From positions 80,032,504 to 80,091,241 of the forward strand of contig NC_068981.1 in assembly GCF_001194135.2 (NCBI RefSeq): 58,738 nucleotides of DNA, in the 5' to 3' direction. The DNA comes from Octopus bimaculoides (Eukaryota). The first letter of the stretch is position 1; the number at the start of each line of letters is the position of its first letter. The notes beneath the pieces are model-generated. The model saw only the letters and a program-made list of their open reading frames with translations. It did not search any database and was not told the origin of the DNA. Positions 25,451 through 38,884 of the stretch are shown in pieces. A program made the translations under genes and the position numbers.

Positions 25451-25500
25451 TGTTATCTCCGCATGAGTGCATAGTGATGTTTATTAGGGATTTTCATTAT

Positions 25501-26780
25501 TTTGGGTCATCGCATAAATGATGCGGTTTTTTTTCAATTGCATGAACTAAAAGTCGAAGGGGGACAGGATAAACTACTTGCATTAACTTGCTATAAAAGC
25601 ATGTAGTAATTTTACCTTGTTTTTTTATTCTTAGTGCAAGTTTTGAAGAGTGCAGTTCGATTTTAACAGTTATTTTCAAAGCTATAATGGAAGTGACAAA
25701 TTCAGCATATTTTGCTTTATAAGTCCAGTAAAGGCAACAATGCAATGGAAAGTGCAAGGAATATTTATGCAGTATATGGGGATCAGACAGTAAGCGTAAG
25801 CCAATGTCAACGGTGGTTCCAGAAATTCTGAGCAGGAAACTACAGCCTAAAAGATGAGCCTCATCTTGGAAGATCTATAGAGCTCAATGAGGACATCTTG
25901 CGAACCTTGGTAGAACAAAATCCCATCGTAACTGTTGAGGAACTAGCAGAGAAGCTTGGATTTGATCATTCAACCATTTATCAATACCTGCGTGCCATCA
26001 GAAAAGTCAGCAAATTGAACCAGTAGGTTCTTCACAAGCTTTCCAAGTCTAATCATACACAGAGTGAATGTGTTCTCGTCTTTGCTGTCACGTTTCATGA
26101 ATGAACCTTTTTTGGACTGAATAGTGACTGGTGACAAGAAATGGGTTCTCTATAAAAATGTCAAGCACCAAAGACAGTGGGTAAGGAAAGGAGAAACACT
26201 GGCACCCCAGACTAAAGGTCTTTACCCACGTAAGGTGTAGTTATCTGTTTGGTGGGATATGAAAGGTTTTGTCCACTTTGAACTTTTAAACCTAAACCAA
26301 ACAATAACAAAGGAGAGCTACTGTGGGCAGCTTGAGTAGCTTAAGTCAGCACTAGAAGTAAAATGACCAGCTTTGGTTTCAAGACGAAAGGTGTTCTTCC
26401 AACAGGATAATGCTCAGCCACATACAGCAAGGATGACATTCCAAACGCTGGAGCAGTTTCAATAGGAAATGATGCCCCACCCACCATATTCACCAGACAT
26501 TGCCCCATCTGATAATCATTTATTCCGCAGTCTTCAAAATCATTTGGACGGAAAAAATATGAATTCTGTAGATGAGATCAGAACAGTACTAGAGGAGTAT
26601 TTTTCATCACAGACAAGTGAATTTTGGAAGAGGGGCCTTGCAAGCCTACCAGATAGCTAGAAGAGCATTGTAGAAAATGAAGGAGAATATATTTTAGATT
26701 AAAAAAGAACTCTGTTTATCTTAATTTTGAAAAATAAAAGAAGTATTAAAAAAAACTGCATTATCTATGGGATGACCCAA
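25501..26780 (+). mobile_element. Full-length-size mariner (DD34D type), inactivated
   Basis: TIRs TTGGGTCATC.CATA.AT.ATGC.GTTTTT at both ends; IVTGDKKWVLY, WWDMKG, QQDNAQPH, HPPYSPDIAPSDNHLF; many in-frame stops. Confidence 0.92.
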
Positions 26781-29663
26781 TAGTAATGAAAAGGAGACCA
26801 TAAAGGAAACAAGTACTTCAGGAAAAGAATTTAAGGCAGTGAAGAATTGAGAGAGTATTTTTAATACAAAGGAGTAAAATGAAAAGAACTTAAGTCCATG
26901 ACCCCACAGGTAAAATGAATTTACCCTGCAAGTTTATCAAAGATTTTTCAAATATCAAATATGACATTCTTACTATGATATAAATTTCTAGAGAGACTAT
27001 TTGTGAGAAAAAAAATCATAGACCAACCTGTTTGTAATCTGTATTGGTGGACAATAAAGCAAAAGAGAGAAAATATTAATGCATTTTAGGAGATGAGTGT
27101 TGATTTGAAAAGAACCAAATTACCCCAGTAATTCTGACCTATTCATATCTTAATCCATCTTTCTCATATATGTTAGGAGTCTTCATCTCCTGTAATATCT
27201 TAGAAGTTTTATATGTACAGCATTACTAAAATCACATGAGAGACTTACTCTGTAGAGCCAAGTTGCCTTGAGCAACTGTTGGTATTCAACAATATCTAAA
27301 TATACTTCACACTAAGGTTATTTACCTCTATCTTATATGACACACTTCCAGCATTCTAATATGCAGCAAAGAAAACTATCCATTCAGTCAATATATTGTC
27401 TTTTATAGAGACATTGTAATGTATTTTCTTCTTTATTTCTACTCCTCATAACGTTAATAAATGTTGCTCTTCAGAACCAATCCTCTTCTCATTTATTGAA
27501 ATCTATTTATTAAACTCACTTCTAGACAGTGGGTTGGCAGCATTATTAGAGTGTTGGAAAATATGCTTTATGGCTATTTATATTCTCTTTATATTTCTTT
27601 TGGCTCTTTATATTCTGAGTTTAAATCCAATGAAGGTCAGCTTTGCCTTCAGAGGGTTGATAAAATGCAGTATCTGGTCAAGTACTGGAGTCAATGCAAA
27701 TGATTAGCCTCCTCCCTTCAAAATTGTTAACTTTCTAAGAATTATACCTTTTAGAACTTCCAACTCTCCAATTTGTCAAGCTCCAAATTATCTGAAAAAA
27801 TCTTATCTGCTATCTCTATTTCTCTGATTTGAAAGTTCACACCCCACCAAACACCACTTGTTGCTTTTTTTACATACTTTCAGCTGAATGTCTTACATTT
27901 TTTCCCTACATACTGTCTAAAGAAATAGATTATTGCGTACATTTATAAACAACCGTCTAAAATTATCATTAACTTTTTTGTTACAACATTTCTGTTGAAA
28001 TATGTTGCCTTTATCTGAATTATTTTGAAAATAACAAAAAAACATTAAGTAATTGTCATTTTTTAAGCTGGACCTTCAATTCACATGAAATTTTGATGGA
28101 AAGTTTTTATGTAGATTACTTTAAAATAGAATTGTCTCAGGTGAATGTGTCAAAGTGTTTAAGTGAAGTTTTCTCTCCTATTCCTTCAACATTCAACACT
28201 TTTTTCTCTTTCTTTTCAGAATTCTGCAGTGAAAGTACATTTAGCTGATTTGTTATAAGCATTGTCATTGTAAATGTTCTAATGCTCAATCAAATTGGCA
28301 TGAAACACAGCCTTTTGACTACATGCACTTACTTAGTGCACTTTATATTTTAAAAAATTGATATATAATTAGACCTACATAAAATTTTGATAAACTATGT
28401 ACATGATGTCATGTATAAATTTAGCTGACATAGTTTAAATAATACACATGTAATTTCCTTAAGTACTTTAGAAGGCACAATAAGAGACTTTTTAAATCAG
28501 ATGAATAATGTGACAAATGTTGAAAAATATTTCACAAATTTTTGAAGTAGGGCAATAGAGGCCAATGGAATATTCACCCTTCCTTATAAAGTCAAGTAGT
28601 TTTGAGAATATCAAATTGTATTAAATAGCCTAAAATATATAAGAAGTAGTATTTAAAGTCAGTTTATGACAGACTTTAAACTAAAGCTGCAATTTCCTGA
28701 ACAATATACTCATTTGCCATTTCCTCTATATCTTTTCATTAATTCCCAGATTAACATCTTTTCATTCTCTTCTCCAAAAACTTAGAATGAATTCACTATT
28801 ATTACTGTTTTATCTTGAAGCTGATTGAGAGTATAGGGTGTCAGCTGAAGTAGTTGATTGTGTGTATCTCATCACTGGCAGTGCTTTGTACTCAGTAACA
28901 AAGACACTTAAATTATCAATGGGTCAATCCATTTACAACCAGGCTCATTTTACCACTTAACCAAATGCACATTTTACTGCTCAAATAGTGGAAGTATTAA
29001 GTAACTGATGAGTGTTTCATTAACTTGCAATGCTGGGATCAGGTTTTCTCTTGTGCACAAGCTATGACAGACTGGTATCCTATCCTGATACAGGAATATC
29101 TCCCTTACTCTTTGAAAACTGGGTTAAGTTCCAGTACTACGAAGCTTTCCAAAAATGGCCAACAATGAAACAAAAAAAAACCTTTTAATCATAGGCATGG
29201 TTATGTGGTTAAGAAGTTCGTTTCTTAATCACATGTTTCAGATTCAGTCCCATTGTATGGCACCTGAGGCAAATGTATTCCACAATAACCCTGGGGTGAC
29301 CAAAGTTTATTGTGTTGTGTGTGCATGTGCGTGTGTGTGTGTGTGTGTATTAACATCACATGATAGTTGTAAATAGACCCCACTGTCATTCAAGTGGTGT
29401 CCTTTGTTTCCAATCTTCCATGGAAACATGTCTAGCCATGGGAAAGAATTACCTTGCTTAGAAACAAGTGAGGATTGACAATCAGAAGAGCATATGACCA
29501 TAGAAAAACTGTCTCAATGAATTCCATCTGATGCATACTAGCATTGAAAAATGGACATCAAAAACTATGTTGATGACATGTATAGATTAAGAAAAAGGAG
29601 GCAGTCAAACTTCTGACTACCTCTTTTTTCTTAATATACAGCATCTGTACATTACTTCAAACA

Positions 29664-29820
<157 letters not shown>

Positions 29821-31380
29821 CAGTAGTAGCCCAAATTAGAGGACGAAAATAAAGATTGAAGAAATTTATGTTTCTACTTCATTTTTCCGAATGGGATTTT
29901 TACTGTATATACTTTAAAGTATCTTCATTATTTACAATAAATTTTGTAGGAAGTGATTAATAACTAAATAATTTATAATAGAGAAAATGTTTATTTGAAA
30001 GTTACAAGATGGACAAAATTGGAGAACATATGGCATAAAATTAAAAAAGTAAAAAAACCTGGCAACACTCTAACTGAAATAAACTAAGTTAACCTAACAG
30101 TGTGAAGATTTATATGGAACAGCAGTGAATTAACAAGCATGGAAAGCTAAAATAAAGTTGATGAAAGCCTCAGGAAGTGAGTGGTCACATTGAAAAAAGA
30201 AGGAATGGCAATTTCTGCTATCACCAGAGACATTAATAGATCAAAGAGTGTTGTTTCAAGAATACACAAGCTTTATGAAAAAACACTCTTGTTTGTGTTA
30301 TTAGAAAAACAAGGGAGATCACAGAAAACAAATGTTCAACAAGACTGTGTGAGTCAGAGGCTGTTGTTAAGAGATTGTTTCGATACTGCTGCAGGAATTT
30401 CTTGCCAAGTAAATTGTGATTATGAAATGAATGTGGCTTGTTGTTTGAAGAAAGTCAAACTTCATGCCCATTCCCCGACCATTAAACCTCTTATCAATAT
30501 GAAGAACTGAAAAGTGAGGTTAGTTTTTGCCAATAGGCTCATACTTTGGACAGATGACAACTGGTCGTGACTGTTCTGTGACAAAAACAAGTTCAATCTG
30601 ATTGGCTTTGATGGCAGACAGTACATGAGATGTCATAAAGGTGAAAGATTGTTCCCTAAATGCATGAAGAAATCGGTGAAGTTTGGAGGTGGGGCATGAC
30701 TTCTGCAACTGGTGTTAGGCCTTTGATCCAGATCCATGGTAATGTGAATGCAGCCATATACAAAAACATTGTTCTGCAGCATGTTGTGCCAGCTATGAGA
30801 TCATCTCCAACTCATCAGTCAATCTTTATGCAGGATAATGCCCCATGGAACAGTACTAAAATAGTTAAGGTGTTTGGAGCTGAAAACATTACTGTGATGT
30901 GTTGGACAGCTCAGAGCCCTGAGCTTAATCCCATTGAAAACTTATGGACGATACTTGATAAGATCAGAGAGCACCAACTTGTGAATCTTTCAAGTTTGTG
31001 CAAAAACTTTTAGGAAGAATGCTATAAAATTACATCAGAACAATTGGTCAGATCCTGTGGACAGAGATATGCTGAAGTCATTAAAAATAAAGGAATGCTC
31101 ACGTCTTATTAATATTTTGATGTGGATTGTAAAAATTTCTGGCAAAATTTTGATTTCTTGAATTTTACGTCATGTGTTCTCTAATTTTGTCTATCTTGAA
31201 TTTTTCAAATAAACATTTTTCTATTAAAAAATATTTAGTTATTAATCACTTCCTACAAAATTTATTGTAACTAAGGAACATACCTTAAAGTATATGCAGT
31301 AAAACTTCCATTCAGAAAATGAAGTAGAAATGTAAATATCTTTATTTTTTATTTTCATTCTCTAATTTTGGCCACTACTG
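29821..31380 (+). mobile_element. Tc1-family (DD34E-type) element with long IR/DR terminal repeats, inactivated
   Basis: TA|CAGTAGT...ACTACTG|TA; ~230 bp TIRs; QDNAP...SPELNPIENLW (33 residues between D and E, one codon lost); frameshifts. Confidence 0.92.
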
Positions 31381-31394
31381 TATGTATGTGTATA

Positions 31395-31631
31395 NNNNNN
31401 NNNNNNNNNNNNNNNNNNNNNNNNNNNNNNNNNNNNNNNNNNNNNNNNNNNNNNNNNNNNNNNNNNNNNNNNNNNNNNNNNNNNNNNNNNNNNNNNNNNN
31501 NNNNNNNNNNNNNNNNNNNNNNNNNNNNNNNNNNNNNNNNNNNNNNNNNNNNNNNNNNNNNNNNNNNNNNNNNNNNNNNNNNNNNNNNNNNNNNNNNNNN
31601 NNNNNNNNNNNNNNNNNNNNNNNNNNNNNNN
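31395..31631. other. Assembly gap (237 N)
   Basis: N-run within (TA)n. Confidence 1.
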
Positions 31632-31675
<44 letters not shown>

Positions 31676-32614
31676 GCATACATATATATATTCTTAAATC
31701 AGTTGGTAGGTGATTAAAAAACTGCAGATCTTTATATGTTCGGGTGTTAAAAAAAAGACAATAATTAACTGGTTTATGTATTATATTTTACCTATACTAG
31801 TAATGCATTTATATGCCTCGTTACTGGGCAATAAAAGGCCAGGTGTAAGACAGCTACATGTTATCATGGACTTGTAATGCAACTGGATGAGAGGTGATTG
31901 GTGAAACATTGCTGTGAGTGCTGTGATGGTAGATGCCTATATTAAAAGTAGACAAAAGAACTAATAAGTCAGACCAGAGAATGTTGGTTAACACAAGGGA
32001 GCTGGCTCAGAGGTGAGAAGCATGGAAAGACACAGTACTTCAGACCTATCCAGCTGGTTTGAAAAGATTTCTCTTCATAGACCTCTATGATTTATTGAAT
32101 AGTATTTATGTTGACATTAATCAGATGAAATACAAATATCCTCAGATAGACTTGTAATATATTGCTGTTTACTTTTCTAGAAGTGAAATTATCAGCCCAA
32201 ATCATTGATCAGATCTACATCGATATCTCTGATTTCAACATTCGTATGCTTCATTATGTAGTAAGTGAACTTGTCCATTGAGAGTTAAGCATCTTGGTCA
32301 TACTTGATTAAATGATAAGTTATCAGCCCTGACATCTACACTTTCATCTAACTCAACATAAAAAGCTAGATGCTAAGCCAATGACAGGGATGATTTTATT
32401 CCTTACTTAAGTATATTGATTATCTATTTTACTACATCTTTCAATAAAAGGTTAAATTAATATTTTGTTTCACAAAATATGTTTCACTCTGAGATGAGAA
32501 ATGAAGTACACATTTACAAATAGATGTTCATAAATACAAGCATTAAAAATCATTGCATATGGCAGGCCCTACACTTATATAATGTCTTTAATTTCATATT
32601 TTTTCTCTTCTTTC

Positions 32615-32650
<36 letters not shown>

Positions 32651-33399
32651 TTTATAATATTTTACTACTAATACACAAAGCATATAAATGCAGGCTCCTT
32701 CATTATGAATCTTTTCCATATACAAGAACAATATTTCAGATTGTATATTCTCCCAAAATTTATAAAGTCTGTTATTGAATTGGCTGATTTTGTTCATCCT
32801 GACAAATTCTCTTGGTCATTAATTCCCAGTTTATAGCTATCCTATTTAAGAAAGCTTACTGCCTTAGTGGTTTGTTGCAACACTTCATTAATAATTTATA
32901 TGAATGGTCTCATGTTGAGAACTGATGGAATCCCAAGATATTATATTTATTGGAATTGATATTTTTATCCTATTGTTATCCTATTATTATATATTATATA
33001 TGTCCTACTCTGCTAGTGGAATAGTGGAAAAGATAAGGTACCTTAAGTCTGGGTGCAGTTATGGCTTTGTGGTTAAGAAGTTCATTTTGTAACTACACTT
33101 TCAGGTTCAATCCTACTGTGCAGCCCTTCAACAAATGTTTTTTACCAAAGCCTCAAGCTTTCCAAAGCTTTGTGAATCATCATCATTTCACATCCATGTC
33201 CCATGCTAGCATGGGTCAAAGGATTTGACAGTAACTGACAAGTCTAAGGACTGCATCATGCTCCAGTGCCTGCTTTGGCATGGTTTCTGCAACTGGATGC
33301 CCCTCCTAACACCAACCAATTTATAGCATGTACTGGGTACTTGCAGCCTGCAAGGCTACAGTCCCAAAGGAAGGGAGCTTTATGCTGAATGAAATTATC

Positions 33400-33790
33400 A
33401 AATGTGAACTATGAGGAAAAATGTTGGTGAGATCGTTTCTATTTTGGGATGGCATGCTAAATTTGATGCAATTCAACATCACTGCCTAATCCTTAGGTGT
33501 CTTCAGCAGAGTTCACTGTGTTGCCAGAATTTAAACCAGATATTCAGTCCGTGTATAACTTCCTCTATTCCTTTCAGCGGTCTTGGGGGCCCTGAGCAAG
33601 ATCACAGATGCTGAAATTCTTCATAGCTAAGCCTTTACAAAAATAGTGACATCTTGTAGTTCACATAATGGGACTTCTAATGTTACAATCTGATAGCCTT
33701 CTATTGGACATTATCAAAATGTCTTCTAATGTTATAGAGTACCAAAACACAACACTGTCAGTTCTACTAGTACAGCTCTACATCTTACCT
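33400..33790 (-). mobile_element. Degenerate CR1/L2-type LINE ORF2 C-terminal fragment
   Basis: Minus strand DNVQ*KAIRL...RLSYEE resembles the VQR.A.R.I...L.Y..RL motif. Confidence 0.45.
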
Positions 33791-33804
33791 TGTCACGCTA
33801 TAGC

Positions 33805-34380
33805 CACAGGAGTGGATGTGTGGTAAGAAGCTTGCTTCCCAACCACATGGTTCCAGGTTCAGTCCCACTGCATGACACTTTGGGCAAGTGTCTTCTACTA
33901 TAACCTCAGGTCAACAAAACCTTGTGAGTGGATTTGGTGGATGGCAACTGAAAGAAGACCATCGTATATATATCACTCGCCATGATAGGTTGCTAGCTGC
34001 TAAACCTTTTCTATTTTCTCTCCCTGTTTATTTCTGTATTCCTTTCTGTCGAAGAGTGTAGGCTTGAAGCGTAAAAGACTTTCTCACTTCCTGAGCTTTA
34101 AACTAATACATTTGTTTGTTGTTTACACACCCATCTTCGTCTTTTATTTTTTTGTAAATTCTCAGTATATACATGTATGTGTGTCTGTATTTGTCCCCCC
34201 ACCATCACTTCGACAACTGATGTTGGTGTGTTTACATTCCCATAACTTAGCAGTTCAGCAAAAGAGACCAATAGAATAAGTACTAGGCTTATAAAGAATA
34301 AGTCCTGGGGTCAATTTGTTCAACTAAAGGCGGTGCTCCAGCATAGCCACAGCCAAATGACTGAAACAAGTAAAAGAGTA
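33805..34380 (+). mobile_element. tRNA-derived SINE family A, complete copy interrupted at its internal TA tract
   Basis: Head AGGAGTGGATGTGTGGTAAG...GGTTCAGTCCC (A/B-box-like), body, 3' end GACTGAAACAAGTAAAAGA. Confidence 0.85.
33973..34165 (+). mobile_element. ~190 bp insert inside SINE-A, possibly Penelope-terminus derived
   Basis: Absent from the complete SINE-A copy at 51040-51380; contains CTGTCGAAGAGTGTAGGCTTGAAGCG. Confidence 0.5.
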
Positions 34381-35160
34381 TTCGACTTACAATGTTTCAG
34401 CCAGGGTATCCTCAGGTCATCATCTTGTAACATCTAACAATGATTAGTAATACATATCATAACTAGAGCTGGTAAGTACTACTAATCATTGTAAAGTGTA
34501 ACAATGATGAGTAATATGTTCACCTGGCTGACTTGATAGGCTGCCAGATAATCAACTGAGAGATCAGTGGTCTGTTATCTTATATTTTTTTCACTGCTAT
34601 TATGTTGATTTATGGCTGTGACACTTAATTCTGGAATGACTCAGTCAAAATGGCTATAAATAGGTTCCACAGCTAAAGAAAAACTCACAGCTATAAAATT
34701 CACAAGTTTCGTATACTGAGTTTAATTCCTCTTGTAGACTGGATTTGGTTTGAAGAATAATGTTTTCTATTAAACCGATTTGTCCTTTAGTGATATACTA
34801 TATAAAGACAGGCATGGCTGAGTGGTTAAAAAGCTTACTTTGCAACCATGTAGTATTAGGTTCAGTTCCACTGTACAGCTCGAGGTGCTGTCTTCTGCTA
34901 TAGTCCTGGGCCAACCAACAGTTTGTGAGAAAAATTGGTAGATGGAAATGTAGGAATTGTGAGGAAGTCTATCACGCACGCACACACACACACACACACA
35001 CACACAGATATCCCAGAAACAGCTGTAAGACTTTGAATTTTTTCAAATAATAATATTGTATATGACTTTAGATGTTTGCCTTGCCTTAATGTTTGTTGTT
35101 CTCTTTAACAATTATATACATACGATAGGCGCAGGTGTGGCTGTGTGGCAAGAAGCTTGC

Positions 35161-35395
35161 CACACAGTGGCAAGCTGGCAGAAATGTTAGCACGCCAGGC
35201 AAGATGCTTAGTGGTATTTCGGCTGCTGCTACGTTCTGAGTTCAAATCCCACCAAGGTCGACTTTGCCTTTCATCCTTTCGGGGTTGATTAAATAAGTAC
35301 CAGTTATGCACTGGGGTCGATGTAATCGGCTTAATCTGTTTGTCTGTCCTTGTTTTTCCCTTCTGTCTGTAGCCCCTTGTGGGCAGTAAAGAAAT
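35161..35395 (+). mobile_element. tRNA-derived SINE family B inserted into a SINE-A head, 11 bp TSD
   Basis: TSD AAGAAGCTTGC at 35150-35160 and 35396-35406; B-box GAGTTCAAATCC. Confidence 0.9.
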
Positions 35396-35719
35396 AAGAA
35401 GCTTGCTTCTGGTATAGTGTTTGTCAGTTGCATCGTGGATTTTGAGTGTAACACACGTGTTTTGGTTGTCTTGGCGGTGCGATGTTTTTCCTCTTGTTTA
35501 ATGGAGGGGCATCAGGTGAGGAGCTGTAAAGGCTTGAATTATTCAGACTTTGTGAACTACCCTTCTTTGAACTTTTTGTTGTCTGAGAAAGAATTGGTGA
35601 GGTGTTTGGATAGTATTGATGAAAAAATAGAGACAAAGAATTATACAGAGACAACGAAGGAAAAAAAACAAAAAAATTGTGTCTGGAAGAATTGGGTAAA
35701 TTCAAAGAAATACTTAAAA

Positions 35720-36720
35720 GGGAAGGGAACAAAGTGATGATGTTCCCTCCCAATTTCCTGATGGCATACTCACTTGAGTACTGGATGGTGTAGATTCTTC
35801 CAATGCATCCCCAGTCTCTAAAAGAGTCAAGCAGGGCTGTATACTCACACCTATGTTGTTCAGCATAATGTTGTCAGCCATGCTGTCAGATGCTTTCTGC
35901 AACAATATCAGATTCAGGACTAATGGTAGAATCTTCAACCTGCAGAGGCTACAAGCCAAGACCAAGGTGAAAGATGACTTCCTGTTCATGGATGATTATA
36001 TACTCAACACCACCACTGAGGCCCAGATGCAGCAGAGCATGAATTGCTTTTCCACTGCCTGCAACAACTTTGGACTCACAATCAATACTCAGAAGACATA
36101 TACCAACCTACACCACAAAAGTTCCATGTGGAACCAACTATCACTGTCGGATGGAATACTCTAAAGGTTGATGATAAGTTCTCATACCTCGGCAGCTCAC
36201 CTGCCAGATCTGTGCACATTGACAGTGAAGTCAACACTTGCAACGCCAAAGGAAGTTCAGCATTCAGGTGACTACATGGATCAGTGTGGGAGAGGAAAGG
36301 CATTAGGCTGGTCACCATGCTGAAGGTGTACCAGGCAGTTGTATTGCCTATGCTACTGTACACTCAGACATGGACAGTTTTTGAACGTCATACCAAAAAA
36401 GCTAAACTGCTTCCACATGAACTACCTGAAAAAGCTGTTGAAAATTACCTGGCAAGACAAGGTCCCAGACATGGAGGTCCTCTCACAAGCTGATCTACCA
36501 AACACTTACACACTGCTGTAAATAGTGCAAGTCAGGTGGATAGGCCACCTGACTGTTCAAATGCCTGACATGCAACTCTCCAAGAGACTGTTTTTACAGT
36601 GAACAGGTGAAAGGCAAATGCATGCAAGGTGGACAGAAAAAGTACTTCAAGGATATACTCAAAGCCCCACCGTAAAGCTTTGAGATTTTCATTGGACTTA
36701 TGAAAAGGCTCATACAATCC
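35720..36720 (+). mobile_element. RTE-clade (BovB-like) LINE ORF2 3' fragment
   Basis: VKQGCI..PMLFSIMLSAML, RTNGRIFNLQRLQAKTKV, LFMDD, DKFSYLGS, LKVYQAVVLP. Confidence 0.85.
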
Positions 36721-36759
36721 AGTACCTAAGCTGAACGCAGCATCTAAAAAATTAATTTT

Positions 36760-37392
36760 ATAGTAATTATTTTCAATAGTGATGGATAGTCTAAAATTTC
36801 TGAAGAGTTTAAATAATAATTTCCTGTCTTTCTACCTCTACCTTATTACATCAGTCAAAGAAGAAGAGAGCATCATCGTTATATAGACCTCATCACCAAT
36901 TCTCTGAAACCAGGACTAAATTAGCAAGAGGATGTAGACTCCAACCAAATCTGTGAGTTGTGCCAAGTCAGAAGATTCCATTGCTATGTCAAAGATATCC
37001 ACTCTATCCAATCTATAGTTTCCAATGGGAAACTATTCCAAAGTTTCCTATTGAAATCTACCAAGCTGCTTCACACAGCTAGTATTACGTCTATCTCTTG
37101 TTGAAACAGATCTGAGTTTCTCATTGCATGGATTAAGGCCTTATTAAGAAGGGCTGAATTGATTGTAGCATAATAACTATCTATATCTCGCTGCAAGAAA
37201 TTACTACTTTTATTTATTTCAAGTTGCTTAAACTATTCAATCACCCCCACTGGGTATTGGACCACAGTGCTAGTCTAATTTTCAATTTAAGGGTGGGTAT
37301 TACTTTATCAATAATCTTGCTAATTCTACCTATATCATATTTGGAAGGGCAGATCAGTCTAACTGTGGGGTCACTGTCAAAATTAGGTTTAT
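36760..37392 (-). mobile_element. Penelope-like element RT fragment
   Basis: KPNFDSDPTVRLICPSKYDIGRISK..., GLYNDD; homologous to 56900-57490. Confidence 0.8.
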
Positions 37393-38609
37393 ATGTGTGT
37401 GTGTGTGTGTGTGTGAATGCAAGTATCAAGATATACATAGACAGACAAAGCTAATACTCTGGGCAATGAAAGGCAATTTATATATCAACATCAAACAGCT
37501 ACCAAAACATGCTAGCTCTGTCATCTGTAGTGTTCTGCAGGCTAGTCACACAGCTGGGTATCTACAAGACGGAAATGTCCAACCACCAAATTCTAATCAA
37601 CAGCTTAAGTGTGCTGTTGTCCTTTGTTCTACACTAACAAGATTGCCTTATTTTCTTATGACTTTATTTAATGATAAATCCTTATTTATCAGTGCAAGGG
37701 TTCGGGTGTCTGTGTGCCCGTGAGACTATGGGTGTGTGTATGCATGTATCTATGCCTGTGCGTATACTTATCTAAATACGTATACTTATCTAAATAATCT
37801 TTTTTCCTATTTTTCTTATTTCTTGTGTTTTATTTACTATTAATTATATGTAGACCCATTACCTGTATATATAAAAAAATAAACTGTATCTATTCCATGT
37901 CATTCCAAACCATGAAACCTATATGCAACAAGCTACAGGGAAATAATGACATGCATTATAATCAAACCAAGCAAAACTGAGTTTATTGAGTGAGGTACCT
38001 TTTGAAAAGTCACCAACAGACATATCTGCATCAAAGGATGCACCACAACCAGTTGTACAGTATCTCACCCATGAAGGACTGATGCAAGATGGGTCAAAAT
38101 GATTGTTATGATTAATAAAGAATTTCATGAATTCTATTTTCTCTTTCTCTCATTTGTTATATACTCAATGGACACTGAGAAATTCCTGAGGTAGATCCAG
38201 TGGCATTTATATCCATACTGTTGATGACATCAGGTAGCTGTAGAGAGTGAAAGTGCTTTAATCAGCATACTATGAGGTGTATACTCAAGTTTTGAATAAT
38301 TACTTATATATATATTTGTATGTATGTATATGTGTGTCTTTGTGTTTGTGTTCCTTTACTCCACTCCATTGCGTGATTACTGGTGTTGGTTCATTTACAT
38401 CTCCACAACTTAGCAGTTTGGCAAAGAGACCAATAGAATAAGTGCCAGACTTAAAAAACATAAATATTGAGTTTGATTTGTTTGATTAAAGCCTTTCAAG
38501 GCAGTGGCTCCATCATGGCCCCAGTTCACCATCATAAATAAATAAAAAATAAAAATAAAAAGAGATAAATGATAATAATAATGACCTTATTGTATGCAAT
38601 GTTCAGGTG

Positions 38610-38880
38610 CACAACTCATCAGAAAAAGTAACCAAAACAGCATGGACAGCACATAGAATATTCAAAGGAACAGTAAAAACGATGGAGTTGGGGAGCATCA
38701 GGCATACTGCTGGAGAATTTCAGGAAGCATGGAAGTTTTGAAGGATGTAATGTCCCAACAGCTAACAATTGATGTGGGTAGTTTATTCCATGCTTCAGCA
38801 ATTCAGGGCAGGAAAAATTGTTTCCAAAAGTCATGGGTGCTGTGTTGTTTTTTGATTTTGTAAACTCATCCATGAGTGTT
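38610..38880 (-). mobile_element. CR1/L2-type LINE 3' end
   Basis: QFFLP*IAEAWNKLPTSIVSC.DITSFK matches the FF..RV...WN.LP..VV....L..FK C-terminal motif. Confidence 0.7.
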
Positions 38881-38884
38881 AGAC

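Noticed and set aside
32181-32260. Exon VKLSAQIIDQIYIDISDFNIRMLHYV with good splice sites
   Set aside because: Left undecided: the opposite strand reads DKFTY...IDVDLIN, similar to the RTE DKFSYLGS...IDSEVN motif, and no partner exons or homology were found.
33497-33595. Terminal exon VSSAEFTVLPEF...RSWGP*
   Set aside because: It lies within a minus-strand CR1/L2-type remnant.
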